A stretch of 61,430 nucleotides of DNA from a virus (Duplodnaviria > Heunggongvirae > Uroviricota > Caudoviricetes): the IMG/VR virus record IMGVR_UViG_3300029288_000083, positions 94,130-155,559 of that record. One strand, 5' to 3'. Positions 1-9,153 of the stretch are shown here, one piece after another. The first letter of the stretch is position 1. Each line of letters opens with the position of its first letter. Position numbers and translations under genes: made by a program. The notes beneath the pieces are model-generated. The model had not been told where the DNA came from and searched no databases. It was given only the letters and a program-made list of their open reading frames with translations.

Positions 1-80
1 ATATCTTCAATGTGCTTTTCGGTGCGAGTTACAACATTTAGTATGCCTTTCAATAACGATGTAGTATCTGGTGCTGCCAA
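1..80 (-). CDS. 5' end of a gene running off the window (possibly tape-measure-like)
   Basis: Open frame from TTG at 80 (MAAPDTTSLLKGILNVVTRTEKHIED...). Position after sheath, tube and chaperones suggests a tape measure; this is inference only. Confidence 0.3.
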   Translation of the reverse strand, partial: MAAPDTTSLLKGILNVVTRTEKHIED

Positions 81-94
81 AACTGTTTCTTATT

Positions 95-358
95 TTAAAT
101 TTTTATGTCTGGGAATTTTGGTGCTGACATATTTCCCATACTTGAATTGAAATTCTTTGTCATATTTCCGAAGTCTTGTTTCATCGAAGATATTGACATT
201 GATTCTTTCTTTTGTTTACTTTCTTCTTCTTTTCTCAATTTCTCTTGCTCCTCGTTATCTTCTTTCATATTGTCAATTAAATACTCAATCTCATAAAAAG
301 GTTTTTGCCATATTTCGCTTGGTTGCAAACGTAAATGCTTTAACAGCATATACTCCAT
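95..358 (-). CDS. Tail/baseplate assembly chaperone, T4 gp51-like (possibly the frameshift extension of 360..1343)
   Basis: LFQISWTNLSKMEYMLLKHLRLQPSEIWQKPFYE fits the gp51-like pattern as I recall it. First ATG after the upstream stop is at 358; the frame is open back to 457. Confidence 0.55.
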   Translation of the reverse strand: MEYMLLKHLRLQPSEIWQKPFYEIEYLIDNMKEDNEEQEKLRKEEESKQKKESMSISSMKQDFGNMTKNFNSSMGNMSAPKFPDIKI

Positions 359-359
359 T

Positions 360-1343
360 TTACTCAAGTTCGTCCAAGATATCTGAAATAAGGAAAATAG
401 CTTTGATGCCTCCACGAAAGTTAAGCGGCACAGTGACCTCCCCGGCACCAATCTCAACTGTCATACTTGGATTAACACTTTCTTTTACTAAATCGACAAA
501 TTTAGATAACAACGATATTTTTGAAATTGACCAACCAAAAGATTTTTGTTCTTCTTGTTTGTATGTATCTGCTGTAAGCATTCTCCAATCCTCAAATAAG
601 AATATTGCATATCTAGCAAAATCTTCATCTATTGTTGTTCTTTGTAATTCATTTAAACGACGGTAATCTTTCAAGAAAGAAGATACACCAACATTTGGAA
701 AGTACAAGTTAACAACTTCACCATTTTTTAAATTGAATACAAATGAACGCGTTTCTTCGTTGTAGAATCTCATCATTTTATCTGATGGGTCATAATAGTT
801 AATAATGTCTTTTGTTACTTCAACACGTTCTGTTTTTTCACCAGATGGAATATCTGCAAATAATTTGTTTTCGCCATCTTTAAATGTGTATTCTCTGATT
901 GCAAAAATTAACCAAAATCTATCAATATCTTTAAGATCTTTAAATGACGCACGTTTACCAGGTATTGTTAATTTTATACATCTTTCAACAATAAAATTTA
1001 ACATATCATCAATGCTATAACCATCTTCTTCTTCAATTGTTGACCAGTGTTTTATTTCATACCCACTAGCAGCTTTGATAAATAATTTTGTTCCTACCGG
1101 ATAAAATAATCCTTGACTTGGTAATGATTCTAACGGAATTGCTTTATAACCTAGTTCACCAGCAATATTTTTCGATTCACCTAATGGAGATTCGTTGCTG
1201 ATAATAGGTTGCCCAGCACCATTGAAATTCTTTTTAATTTCATTGATATTTCCTAATGATGTTACTTGTGTATTTATTTGTTCTACACTTTCTGCTGCGT
1301 CAATGATTGCTTTTGCAGCATCTTCTGTTGTTTTTTTTGCCAT
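360..1343 (-). CDS. Baseplate hub / tail assembly chaperone, T4 gp26-like
   Basis: IPLESLPSQGLFYP and DRFWLIFAIREYTF motifs; directly downstream of the tail tube gene. Confidence 0.6.
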   Translation of the reverse strand: MAKKTTEDAAKAIIDAAESVEQINTQVTSLGNINEIKKNFNGAGQPIISNESPLGESKNIAGELGYKAIPLESLPSQGLFYPVGTKLFIKAASGYEIKHWSTIEEEDGYSIDDMLNFIVERCIKLTIPGKRASFKDLKDIDRFWLIFAIREYTFKDGENKLFADIPSGEKTERVEVTKDIINYYDPSDKMMRFYNEETRSFVFNLKNGEVVNLYFPNVGVSSFLKDYRRLNELQRTTIDEDFARYAIFLFEDWRMLTADTYKQEEQKSFGWSISKISLLSKFVDLVKESVNPSMTVEIGAGEVTVPLNFRGGIKAIFLISDILDELE

Positions 1344-1379
1344 GATATTAGATTTTGTGTTTATATAATTATAATTTAT

Positions 1380-1389
1380 TTATATATTC
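1380..1389 (-). promoter_or_regulatory. Putative late promoter GAATATATAA (second copy at 1457..1466)
   Basis: Motif recurs just upstream of structural genes. Confidence 0.5.
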
Positions 1390-1473
1390 AGATTTATAAA
1401 TGATACGATTTTAAAAAAGATTTGTGTCATTAAATGACTTGTAATAAATGATATAGTTATATATTCAAGCAAC

Positions 1474-1506
1474 AAAAAAGTCAATCCATTATTCATAGAT
1501 TGACTT
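1474..1506 (-). terminator. Intrinsic terminator after the tail tube gene
   Basis: 9-bp stem AAGTCAATC/GATTGACTT followed by a T-run on the minus strand. Confidence 0.6.
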
Positions 1507-1533
1507 TTAAGATATAGTTTATTTGTTGTTTTA

Positions 1534-2103
1534 TTATAACCAAGTTTCTTCCCAGTCATCAACGCGTAATTGCCAGTCAGTTACTTTAAATATTTCATCT
1601 GATTCGAAGTCAGGATCGTTTGGACCTTGAACTGCGCTCATTGGAATAACTGTCTGATATGTTATTTGTCTGAAAATATCACCATTTGCATTATATTGAG
1701 AAATGATAAGTGGACCACCTTTGTAATCTTTTTTCAATCCCATTTTACCTGTAAGCGGATTGTATGCCAAATCGCACCATGCTCTAATTGCTTTATAAAC
1801 ATACATCGAATTTGAATCATTTAAGTTGACTTCAAAATCTAAAGATAAATCATGAGAGTTTTCACCTGGTTTACCACCGATGTAACTTCTATGTGCACCT
1901 TTAAATGATTGTTGTGCAATAGCTGGAAACGTATTAGGTTTCATACCTGAAATTTTTATAATGTTTTCCATTACCAAATCCCAGTCAGATATTCCTGGAG
2001 GAGGCGTTAACATTACGCTGAAGTACGCCTTAAATACTGGTTCCCATAAGTTACGGGCAGCAGTACTATTTTTATAATGTGGTAAGCCTGTATTTTTTGC
2101 CAT
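1534..2103 (-). CDS. gp19: Tail tube protein, T4 gp19-like
   Basis: GLPHYKNS...WEP, DFEVNL, AWCDLAYNPLTG..GLKKDY motifs; 189 aa; follows the sheath gene. Confidence 0.85.
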   Translation of the reverse strand: MAKNTGLPHYKNSTAARNLWEPVFKAYFSVMLTPPPGISDWDLVMENIIKISGMKPNTFPAIAQQSFKGAHRSYIGGKPGENSHDLSLDFEVNLNDSNSMYVYKAIRAWCDLAYNPLTGKMGLKKDYKGGPLIISQYNANGDIFRQITYQTVIPMSAVQGPNDPDFESDEIFKVTDWQLRVDDWEETWL

Positions 2104-2118
2104 TTGAAATATTTTATT

Positions 2119-2128
2119 TTATATATTC
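2119..2128 (-). promoter_or_regulatory. Putative late promoter GAATATATAA
   Basis: About 16 nt upstream of the tube ATG, right after a terminator. Confidence 0.55.
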
Positions 2129-2131
2129 TTT

Positions 2132-2164
2132 AAAGAAAAAGTATTGTGGGCCGAAACCCACAAT
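2132..2164 (-). terminator. Intrinsic terminator after the sheath gene
   Basis: ATTGTGGG-TTTCGG-CCCACAAT hairpin followed by ACTTTTTCTTT. Confidence 0.75.
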
Positions 2165-2171
2165 CTTTTAA

Positions 2172-5100
2172 TTATGATACTGTAAAACCTCCTGATGAAA
2201 CAGTTCCGGTTTTTAATACGGTTACACGGTTTATGATTTTTTGTAATCCTCTTGCAGGTTCGATTCCTATATCAATTATACCAACGTTTTGGTCGATAAC
2301 TTCTTGTGTGTTATTTGATTCATCCATAATTACAATGTAATCGTAGATACCACCAGAACTTTTAATATTTGATAAGTAGCCATCAACAATAGTTTTTAAT
2401 TCAAGACGAGTTGAAGCATCGTTGAACTCAAACACGTAGTTAGATAAGATATCTTCAACATCACTTTCAACTGTAATTAATAAATCTCTAACATGTAAGT
2501 TATTGAATGCAGATAATGTTTTTTGGTATGCTGTTGCATTACCGTAAATCATTGGTCCGTATTGTCTTGAATTTATAATACAGTTTAAACCTATTGGTTC
2601 AAGATATTCTCTATCAGCAGTTAAGAAATCATATTCAAGACCTGACATTTTAGGATTTGAAATTGTTCCTCTACGAGGTCCAGCAGCAATTGCAAATGGA
2701 GTTCCGTTTTTGAATTTCTTAATGAAGTTATTTGAAACATCAGCAGCAGGTGGAACCATTTTATTTTTATTATTCTCGCGAATTTTAATAAATGGAGTGA
2801 ATACACCAGCAAATCTAGCACCGTTTTCTTCATCAGGTAATGTGAATGTGAATGATGGGCCTAATGATAAGTTACCACCAGTTGCTATATAAGATGCTTG
2901 TAACACAGGTTTTGGATTTCCATTTGCTGGGTCAGGCAATTCAGTAAATCTTGGGTCAGTTGAAGCAATGAATTCTTCAATTGAAGGCGCATTTAATATT
3001 GCCATACATTTTTGACGTTGTTTTGCCAATCTTGACAAGATTGCTTTAGGTCCCATCATAGGAGCAAGACCGCCATTAAATGTATCAACCAAATATCTGA
3101 ATTGAATCATGTCTTTATCTGCAAGAACATCACCTAAGTTTGTTGTTTCGATAACACCTAAGATTTTCTCTAATTGAGCAGGTGTTCCAGGAATATGATA
3201 TGCAGTTATTGTAAATCCACCAAGTGATGTAAATTGTAAGTTTGTTGTAAAGTTAACATCATTGATTCCAAGATATCTAGTTACAGCGCCACCAGTTGCA
3301 TATATTGCTTCATTTACATTGATTGTGTATTCAGTAGCATTTGTTTGCGCATTTACCTTTTTAACTTTAGAGATAACTCTAGTTAATCTTGTTCTTGCTT
3401 CATTTACTAAATATTGGCCAACTTCAATTTTTGCATTATCAACACCAGCAATATTGAATGATGTTTTTCTAGCATTTAACGTACCAGCAATAATTGAAAC
3501 GTTTTCTTCAATTTTATTATGAGCAGATTGTAGTATTAAACCACTTCCGCTTATTAATGATCCGTTTTTATCGTATGAATTTGATAATGTTACAGGTATA
3601 ATGCCAGCAGTTGAATTTAATTCAACATTTGACCATTGATTAATTTTAGTTCCTGTTAAACCGTACATTGCAGTTACATTTTCAAACGATAAGTATGTAA
3701 ATGTGTTATAAGCAGATGTTACACTAACTTTATCACCATTAATTACTGAATTGTTTGTAACATCAGTTACAAGTTTGTTTCCAGGCAATACAATGATATC
3801 AGTATCAGTATACATTAATGCAGGATTTGCAATTAAATCAATTGAATAAGTAGCAGGTGAACCTACTGAATTAATATCAACTGTTATTGCATCAGTTGAT
3901 ATTAATTCAGCAGGTGCATCAGTTGATATTAATTCAGCAGGTGAACCTACTGAATTAATATCAACTGTTATTGCATCAGCAACATTACAACCAATAGCAG
4001 TTAAACCGTCCATTCCAACAGTAACACCTGATACGAATGTAATTGTATTTACTGGCGAATCTGGCGTAACAGAAGCAACTGTAAGATAAATATTTAATGT
4101 TTTAACAAAAACAATGTCGCCAGCAATTAAATTTAATGCAGCAGGACTTGTAGTTGTTAATTGTGTAGCAGATACATAATTTACTATCATGTCACCAGTA
4201 GCATTATCTGTAGCAGCTTTAACTGGATTCGAGATTAAAATTTCGATTGATGTTCCAGTATTTGTTATTCTATCAACTTTAACATAATCATCAAGGCCTG
4301 CAGTAGTTAATCCTGTTTTGATTAATGAATTTGTATTTAAAGTTTTCAATAAATTGTTATACGCATCTTGTGTAAATACTTGTCCTGTAAATGCAGGAAG
4401 TGGTTTTGGTATAACCAATGTATTTAAAAATACGCCACGAGTTGCATCTGTTGTATAAGGAACATTTTTGATGTAAGGAACAACAGTACCAGTGCCAAAA
4501 TCAGCAGCTTTATAATCTAAAGTTTCGATTGAATCTGCAAGTAACGTATTGTTGTATGTTATTTCATCAGAAATAGGTGATACATAAGATAACATGTTTA
4601 AACTTGAACGGTTTCCGTCAATTAACGAATGACCGATTAAATCAACATGATATTGTGAATTTTCATAATCGTCTAAAGATTTTCTGTCGATTGTCATGAA
4701 GATTCCAGTTACACCTTGTGCATTATTTACAATTGTTTCAATGTATTGGTTAACACCTTGACGATCTGTGAAGTCAGGAATAATACAACCAGTGAAGCTT
4801 GCAACTGTTACAACTTTATCAGAAGATAAGAAAGCATTTAATTTGCTAACTTTAATACCTGAGTTATCGAAATATGTAGAGAAGTCAGGGTCAACTGCTA
4901 AGTTGTTATAATTTGTCCAATCGCCTTTTACAACGATTACGTCAATAAAGTAATCAGATATGTAATCGAAATCATTTACAAATGCAGGAGCGTTACCAGC
5001 ACCGTAAAAATCACGAGCAGTAATATCAAAACCTTTAATGTTTACAGATTTTCTTGCGATAATCGAAACAGGTTCTTGACCTAAGTTTGTGAAACTGATT

Positions 5101-5573
5101 AATTTGTTTTCGTTTGACGCGTTGTTATTTACGATAGCTTCAAAGTAAGACGAATCTGGGAACCAAAATCTTTCTTTGTTGAAGAATGATGCCATAAGAT
5201 CTTTTGATGTATCGCTATTATCTTCAGCCATGCTTAAAGAGAATGAACGGTAATCAATCTTATCACCATCTATTGCGTTATTTAACGGCATTAAATTGAT
5301 TGCGAAGATAGGTCCTGTTTGTAATGCAGTTTCTATTGCACGATGAAAGAAAGAACCTTTCTTTTCAAGGTATGTGTCAATTTCGCCGAAAATTTTTCTT
5401 GCGGATTTTATATCTTGCAGAAATACTGGTGCATTGAAAGGTCCTTTACGTGAAAATCCTACAACAAGTCGTAATTGTTGTGAAGAAATTACAAAACTAT
5501 CAGTTGCATCGAACTCTACAGTATAGACCCCATTTGCTTTAAATTGATTTAGATCTAATGAAATCTTTGCCAT
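2172..5573 (-). CDS. gp18: Contractile tail sheath protein (enlarged, 1133 aa)
   Basis: N-terminal GVYTVEFD and GFSRKGPFNAPV; C-terminal VPPAA, AGPRRG, NVRDLL-like HVRDLLIT, YVFEFND...R and DIGIEPAR sheath motifs. Confidence 0.9.
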   Translation of the reverse strand: MAKISLDLNQFKANGVYTVEFDATDSFVISSQQLRLVVGFSRKGPFNAPVFLQDIKSARKIFGEIDTYLEKKGSFFHRAIETALQTGPIFAINLMPLNNAIDGDKIDYRSFSLSMAEDNSDTSKDLMASFFNKERFWFPDSSYFEAIVNNNASNENKLISFTNLGQEPVSIIARKSVNIKGFDITARDFYGAGNAPAFVNDFDYISDYFIDVIVVKGDWTNYNNLAVDPDFSTYFDNSGIKVSKLNAFLSSDKVVTVASFTGCIIPDFTDRQGVNQYIETIVNNAQGVTGIFMTIDRKSLDDYENSQYHVDLIGHSLIDGNRSSLNMLSYVSPISDEITYNNTLLADSIETLDYKAADFGTGTVVPYIKNVPYTTDATRGVFLNTLVIPKPLPAFTGQVFTQDAYNNLLKTLNTNSLIKTGLTTAGLDDYVKVDRITNTGTSIEILISNPVKAATDNATGDMIVNYVSATQLTTTSPAALNLIAGDIVFVKTLNIYLTVASVTPDSPVNTITFVSGVTVGMDGLTAIGCNVADAITVDINSVGSPAELISTDAPAELISTDAITVDINSVGSPATYSIDLIANPALMYTDTDIIVLPGNKLVTDVTNNSVINGDKVSVTSAYNTFTYLSFENVTAMYGLTGTKINQWSNVELNSTAGIIPVTLSNSYDKNGSLISGSGLILQSAHNKIEENVSIIAGTLNARKTSFNIAGVDNAKIEVGQYLVNEARTRLTRVISKVKKVNAQTNATEYTINVNEAIYATGGAVTRYLGINDVNFTTNLQFTSLGGFTITAYHIPGTPAQLEKILGVIETTNLGDVLADKDMIQFRYLVDTFNGGLAPMMGPKAILSRLAKQRQKCMAILNAPSIEEFIASTDPRFTELPDPANGNPKPVLQASYIATGGNLSLGPSFTFTLPDEENGARFAGVFTPFIKIRENNKNKMVPPAADVSNNFIKKFKNGTPFAIAAGPRRGTISNPKMSGLEYDFLTADREYLEPIGLNCIINSRQYGPMIYGNATAYQKTLSAFNNLHVRDLLITVESDVEDILSNYVFEFNDASTRLELKTIVDGYLSNIKSSGGIYDYIVIMDESNNTQEVIDQNVGIIDIGIEPARGLQKIINRVTVLKTGTVSSGGFTVS
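3852..3979. repeat. Nested direct and inverted repeat forming an 84-bp in-frame insertion in the sheath gene
   Basis: 44-bp direct repeat at 3852-3895 and 3936-3979. 18-mer CTGAATTAATATCAACTG at 3866 and 3950; its reverse complement at 3893 and 3920. Confidence 0.9.
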
Positions 5574-5644
5574 TTGCGGAATCTTATTTTATTATTTTAT
5601 TTTATTATATATTACTTTCTTTTACTCAATATTTGCTATATGAC

Positions 5645-7519
5645 TTACATAAAATCCCTAAGCCAACTTAAATGTGATGCTTTTTCAACAGTATCACCGA
5701 CGTCTGCATTTATCTTATCGTATATTACTTTCTTAACTAATTCTTGTTGTGTATCGTATGTTTCTTCAACCATTTCTTCAAATGCAGCGCTATCAAAATA
5801 CGCAACTAAATTTATTAATGTCATTGCAATATCGTCATGTCCAGTTTGTGCTTCATATCTTCCTTGCTTATTTAAACCGAATGCTCCTAATTCATTAAAA
5901 GTATTTTTTTCAGTTACAACAATTCTTTTATTTTTTATTAGATTTCGCAATTCTCTAGAAAACATTTCCTTATTATCTGCTTTGATTTTTACACCTGGCC
6001 TAAAAATTTGACTTGCAACAGAATGAAACGTATGCATAAATATTTCAGGATAGTAATCTTTATGTTTAGATAATTTTTCGATAATAACGTTTCCTTTGAA
6101 ATTTATTTCTAAAACAATTCTTACAATATCTTCATGAAACACATTAAATATAAGTGCTTCAAGTATTTTTGCAACATCATCAATTGAATGCAAATTTGAA
6201 CGATACATACCAACTTGTCTTAATCTATAAAAACTTGATTCGTTACTATATTCTGTTATTTTACGTATCATTGCATTCGATTGCAACTCTAGTTTCATTA
6301 TATTTATAACTGTACTATCGCTACCAACACCATCACTCAAATCGACAGCAAAAACAAATCTATCTTTATCAACATCAATTTCGTTAGGGTCAAAATTTGG
6401 ATGCCAAGTCAACTCTGCATAATTGTCATTAAGATCTTCTAATTCATCAACTTCTTTCCATTTGAATTCTTTGGTCGTTCTTTTTAAGTATTGCAATATT
6501 TGACTTGATAAAAGCATTCTTGACGATGCCAAAAATTGATTTCCATATTCTTGATTGAATAATTCTTCAGAACCTAAGTTGTTAATTTCTTTTTGTCGCC
6601 ATTTCTCATCGCGTCCTGGCACTTGCCACCAATCAACACGTATTGGAAAGTATTCGTTTTTACCTTCCATTGCTTTTGCGTATATTTCATAAAACAAGTT
6701 CATTTGATTAGGTGTTGAACTTATTATGATACGAGATACTTGAGATGATGACAACGTAGGATAAATAGAACGATAAAAAGGTACAACAATATGTTCGTCA
6801 ATGTGAGCAAACTCATCCGCATATAAAAGGTGAATAGTAAAACCTAAGGCTGCTGTTTTTGTAGTTGCTTGAGAATATAATTTTACGCCATTATCGAATT
6901 TCATTCCCGTTGCTCCTAAAGATAACGAGCCAGGTTTCAAAAAGAATGGCACATTCTTTATTACTGTTTTAATTTTGTCAACAATCTCAGTAGTTGTTGC
7001 CATCTTATTCGCAATTACAAGTACATTTCTATCGTAGTGAAAACATACATACCATGCAATGAATATTGAAGATGTGATTGTATTATGACTTAAAATATCA
7101 TTTGTATAGTATCTATGATTTGCATCATTCAATGAAATATCAAACATTGAAACTTTATATTTCGATTTTTCTATACTTGCAATTTTCTCGACGCCATCTT
7201 TCGTTTGTATTAATGAACCTACTGATAAATCTTTACAAAAAACTTCTTGCATACTTTTATCAAATAAAATATGCAAATCTGCGCATTCTAATTGTTTTTT
7301 ACTTTCAGTTTCGATTTTATATACGTGGTATGGCTGCGTTAGATGCACTTGTGTTATCTCAGCATCTTTCGTATCTGTAGCCACCAATTTTCCTTTAACT
7401 GCTAATGAATTGATAATTTTTTTTGTATGATCATTTTCATCTAACCGGATGCTTCTATATTCGTATGTCTCTAAACATTGAATAAGAAATAAAATTATAT
7501 TCTTAATTTGTTGTTTCAT
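5645..7519 (-). CDS. terL: Terminase large subunit, C-terminal fragment preceded by split-intein C-half
   Basis: After ...ILSHN: TITS, Walker B LYADEFAHI, IISSTPN, FNQEY, and nuclease AVDLSDGVG and HDDIAM motifs. Confidence 0.92.
   Translation of the reverse strand: MKQQIKNIILFLIQCLETYEYRSIRLDENDHTKKIINSLAVKGKLVATDTKDAEITQVHLTQPYHVYKIETESKKQLECADLHILFDKSMQEVFCKDLSVGSLIQTKDGVEKIASIEKSKYKVSMFDISLNDANHRYYTNDILSHNTITSSIFIAWYVCFHYDRNVLVIANKMATTTEIVDKIKTVIKNVPFFLKPGSLSLGATGMKFDNGVKLYSQATTKTAALGFTIHLLYADEFAHIDEHIVVPFYRSIYPTLSSSQVSRIIISSTPNQMNLFYEIYAKAMEGKNEYFPIRVDWWQVPGRDEKWRQKEINNLGSEELFNQEYGNQFLASSRMLLSSQILQYLKRTTKEFKWKEVDELEDLNDNYAELTWHPNFDPNEIDVDKDRFVFAVDLSDGVGSDSTVINIMKLELQSNAMIRKITEYSNESSFYRLRQVGMYRSNLHSIDDVAKILEALIFNVFHEDIVRIVLEINFKGNVIIEKLSKHKDYYPEIFMHTFHSVASQIFRPGVKIKADNKEMFSRELRNLIKNKRIVVTEKNTFNELGAFGLNKQGRYEAQTGHDDIAMTLINLVAYFDSAAFEEMVEETYDTQQELVKKVIYDKINADVGDTVEKASHLSWLRDFM
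7082..7519 (-). other. Split intein C-fragment (146 aa, ends HN; +1 residue Thr)
   Basis: Block B-like ECADLHIL, block F MFDISL, block G YYTNDILSHN|T. Confidence 0.88.
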
Positions 7520-8585
7520 TTAAAAATTCTATACATTTTTTAATTGTTCCTTCTTTATCTTTATTGTAATCATCCTCCCACACAACAAGAACGTCATAAC
7601 CATGAGCGTTCGCAAGATGAATCTTATATTCATCATATGTCCAAATTTCTTTTGCTGTTTTCTTTTTAACTTTGTGGTAGTAATCAGGTTCGTATAAGCC
7701 TGGCTTGCAATGCCAAAAAATCCCGTTTACTTCTATTATTTTTCTGTTTGCTTTGTGCGTTATATCATACTTGCATACTCTTTTATTTATTTTATCATAA
7801 ATAAATTTTTCATTTTTATCAGATAATAAATTTTTCACATGCTGATTTATATTTTCTGCGATTTCAATTGAAAGATTTGACACACCTCTCGATATGCATG
7901 TATACTCGTTAAAAACTTTACTTTTCCAATTTTCTTGCCTATTATTAAAAATCTCAGTGCCTGCAACGAAACCGTATTTTTTTATACACTTTTCTAACGT
8001 AAACGTACTTTGCCTATCAGCATAAAGTTTTTTTGCGATATCGTCTTCATATCTTTCTAACCAATATTCAAGTTGCGTTTCTGTTATCCTGTCTTTTAAT
8101 GCGGCCTTCACAAATTCTTTTCTAGCACTTTCAATATCATCAACATCTTTTTCTTTATAAAATTCTAATGAAAATGGCGATCTTTTTTGCCGTTCTTCCT
8201 TTGTTGTTTTACAACTGTGATTTGGATTATTTTCGCCTTTCATTTTTTCTGACGCCAATAACCTGTAATTGTCAAGTTTCATATGCAATCCTGAATTCTT
8301 TGACGTTGCTTCTTTATCTGACGCACATGTCAATAGCGAACCTGGAAATTCTTTTTTATAATCGTTAATTGTTTTATCTTTGTGATGATTTTTAATATGA
8401 ATTCCATATATCCTTTTAACTTTCATCCCGCACCATTTACAAACTACATGGTCGTAGCCTTCATCTGTCATGTTTTCAATTTTTGCATTTTGCTTTCTTA
8501 TGGATTCACTTTTTCTATACTCCATATAACAATTGGTTGAACAGAACTTTCTTTTTGATTCTTTATTGCAATTTACGCATTTCAT
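7503..8585 (-). CDS. Free-standing homing endonuclease, Vsr/DUF559-like with N-terminal zinc fingers
   Basis: CxxC...FCSxxC and CxxC...HxxxH fingers; C-terminal YD...IIEVNGIFWH...GYDVLVVWE; lies between the two terL halves. Confidence 0.8.
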   Translation of the reverse strand: MKCVNCNKESKRKFCSTNCYMEYRKSESIRKQNAKIENMTDEGYDHVVCKWCGMKVKRIYGIHIKNHHKDKTINDYKKEFPGSLLTCASDKEATSKNSGLHMKLDNYRLLASEKMKGENNPNHSCKTTKEERQKRSPFSLEFYKEKDVDDIESARKEFVKAALKDRITETQLEYWLERYEDDIAKKLYADRQSTFTLEKCIKKYGFVAGTEIFNNRQENWKSKVFNEYTCISRGVSNLSIEIAENINQHVKNLLSDKNEKFIYDKINKRVCKYDITHKANRKIIEVNGIFWHCKPGLYEPDYYHKVKKKTAKEIWTYDEYKIHLANAHGYDVLVVWEDDYNKDKEGTIKKCIEFLNETTN

Positions 8586-8608
8586 ATTAAATATTTTTTG
8601 TTATTTAA

Positions 8609-8618
8609 TTATATATTC
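8609..8618 (-). promoter_or_regulatory. Putative late promoter GAATATATAA
   Basis: In the 62-nt gap between terL-N and the endonuclease gene. Confidence 0.55.
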
Positions 8619-8647
8619 ATTAAAGAATTTGCTTTTTGACAAATGAA

Positions 8648-9142
8648 TTAATCAAGTTTATTATAAAGTTGCCATAAAAAATACTTTAACTTTTCTATTC
8701 GTGTCAATTGCCGTTGCGACTTAAGTTGCATATAATAAAGTTGTCCTACCGTAATAATAGAATAACCTTGTAACTTTTTATCGTAAATAGTTAATTTTGA
8801 ATTAAATAAATGGCATTTACCTATCTGCCTGCTTGCAAGCATGATAACATATCTATGATCTTGAAAATCTCGAAGCATATCTTTTTGATACGGACGAAGG
8901 TCAATCTTTTGAACTCCAGTATCTGTCATTGCGTGACAATACTTTTCCGCAAAATAAAGTACGTCACTTGCGCATCGAACAATTTCTTCTTGCTCTTGTG
9001 GCGTATATTTGAAATTTATATTTCCATTTCTGAAATTAATGTCACCTTGATAAAAACAAGATTTATCGACGTCTAAGCCATTTTCTAATTTGCTTATTAC
9101 ATCGTTAACTCGTTCGGTTGACCATATTGTGCTACTTCCCAT
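8648..9142 (-). CDS. terL: Terminase large subunit, N-terminal fragment followed by split-intein N-half
   Basis: YFAEKYC, LRPYQK and Walker A ASRQIGK, interrupted by CHLFNSKL. Confidence 0.92.
   Translation of the reverse strand: MGSSTIWSTERVNDVISKLENGLDVDKSCFYQGDINFRNGNINFKYTPQEQEEIVRCASDVLYFAEKYCHAMTDTGVQKIDLRPYQKDMLRDFQDHRYVIMLASRQIGKCHLFNSKLTIYDKKLQGYSIITVGQLYYMQLKSQRQLTRIEKLKYFLWQLYNKLD
8651..8815 (-). other. Split intein N-fragment (55 aa, starts with Cys)
   Basis: Block A-like CHLFNSKLTI directly after GK of Walker A, then a helical tail and stop. Confidence 0.85.
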
Positions 9143-9153
9143 ATTGTGTTATT

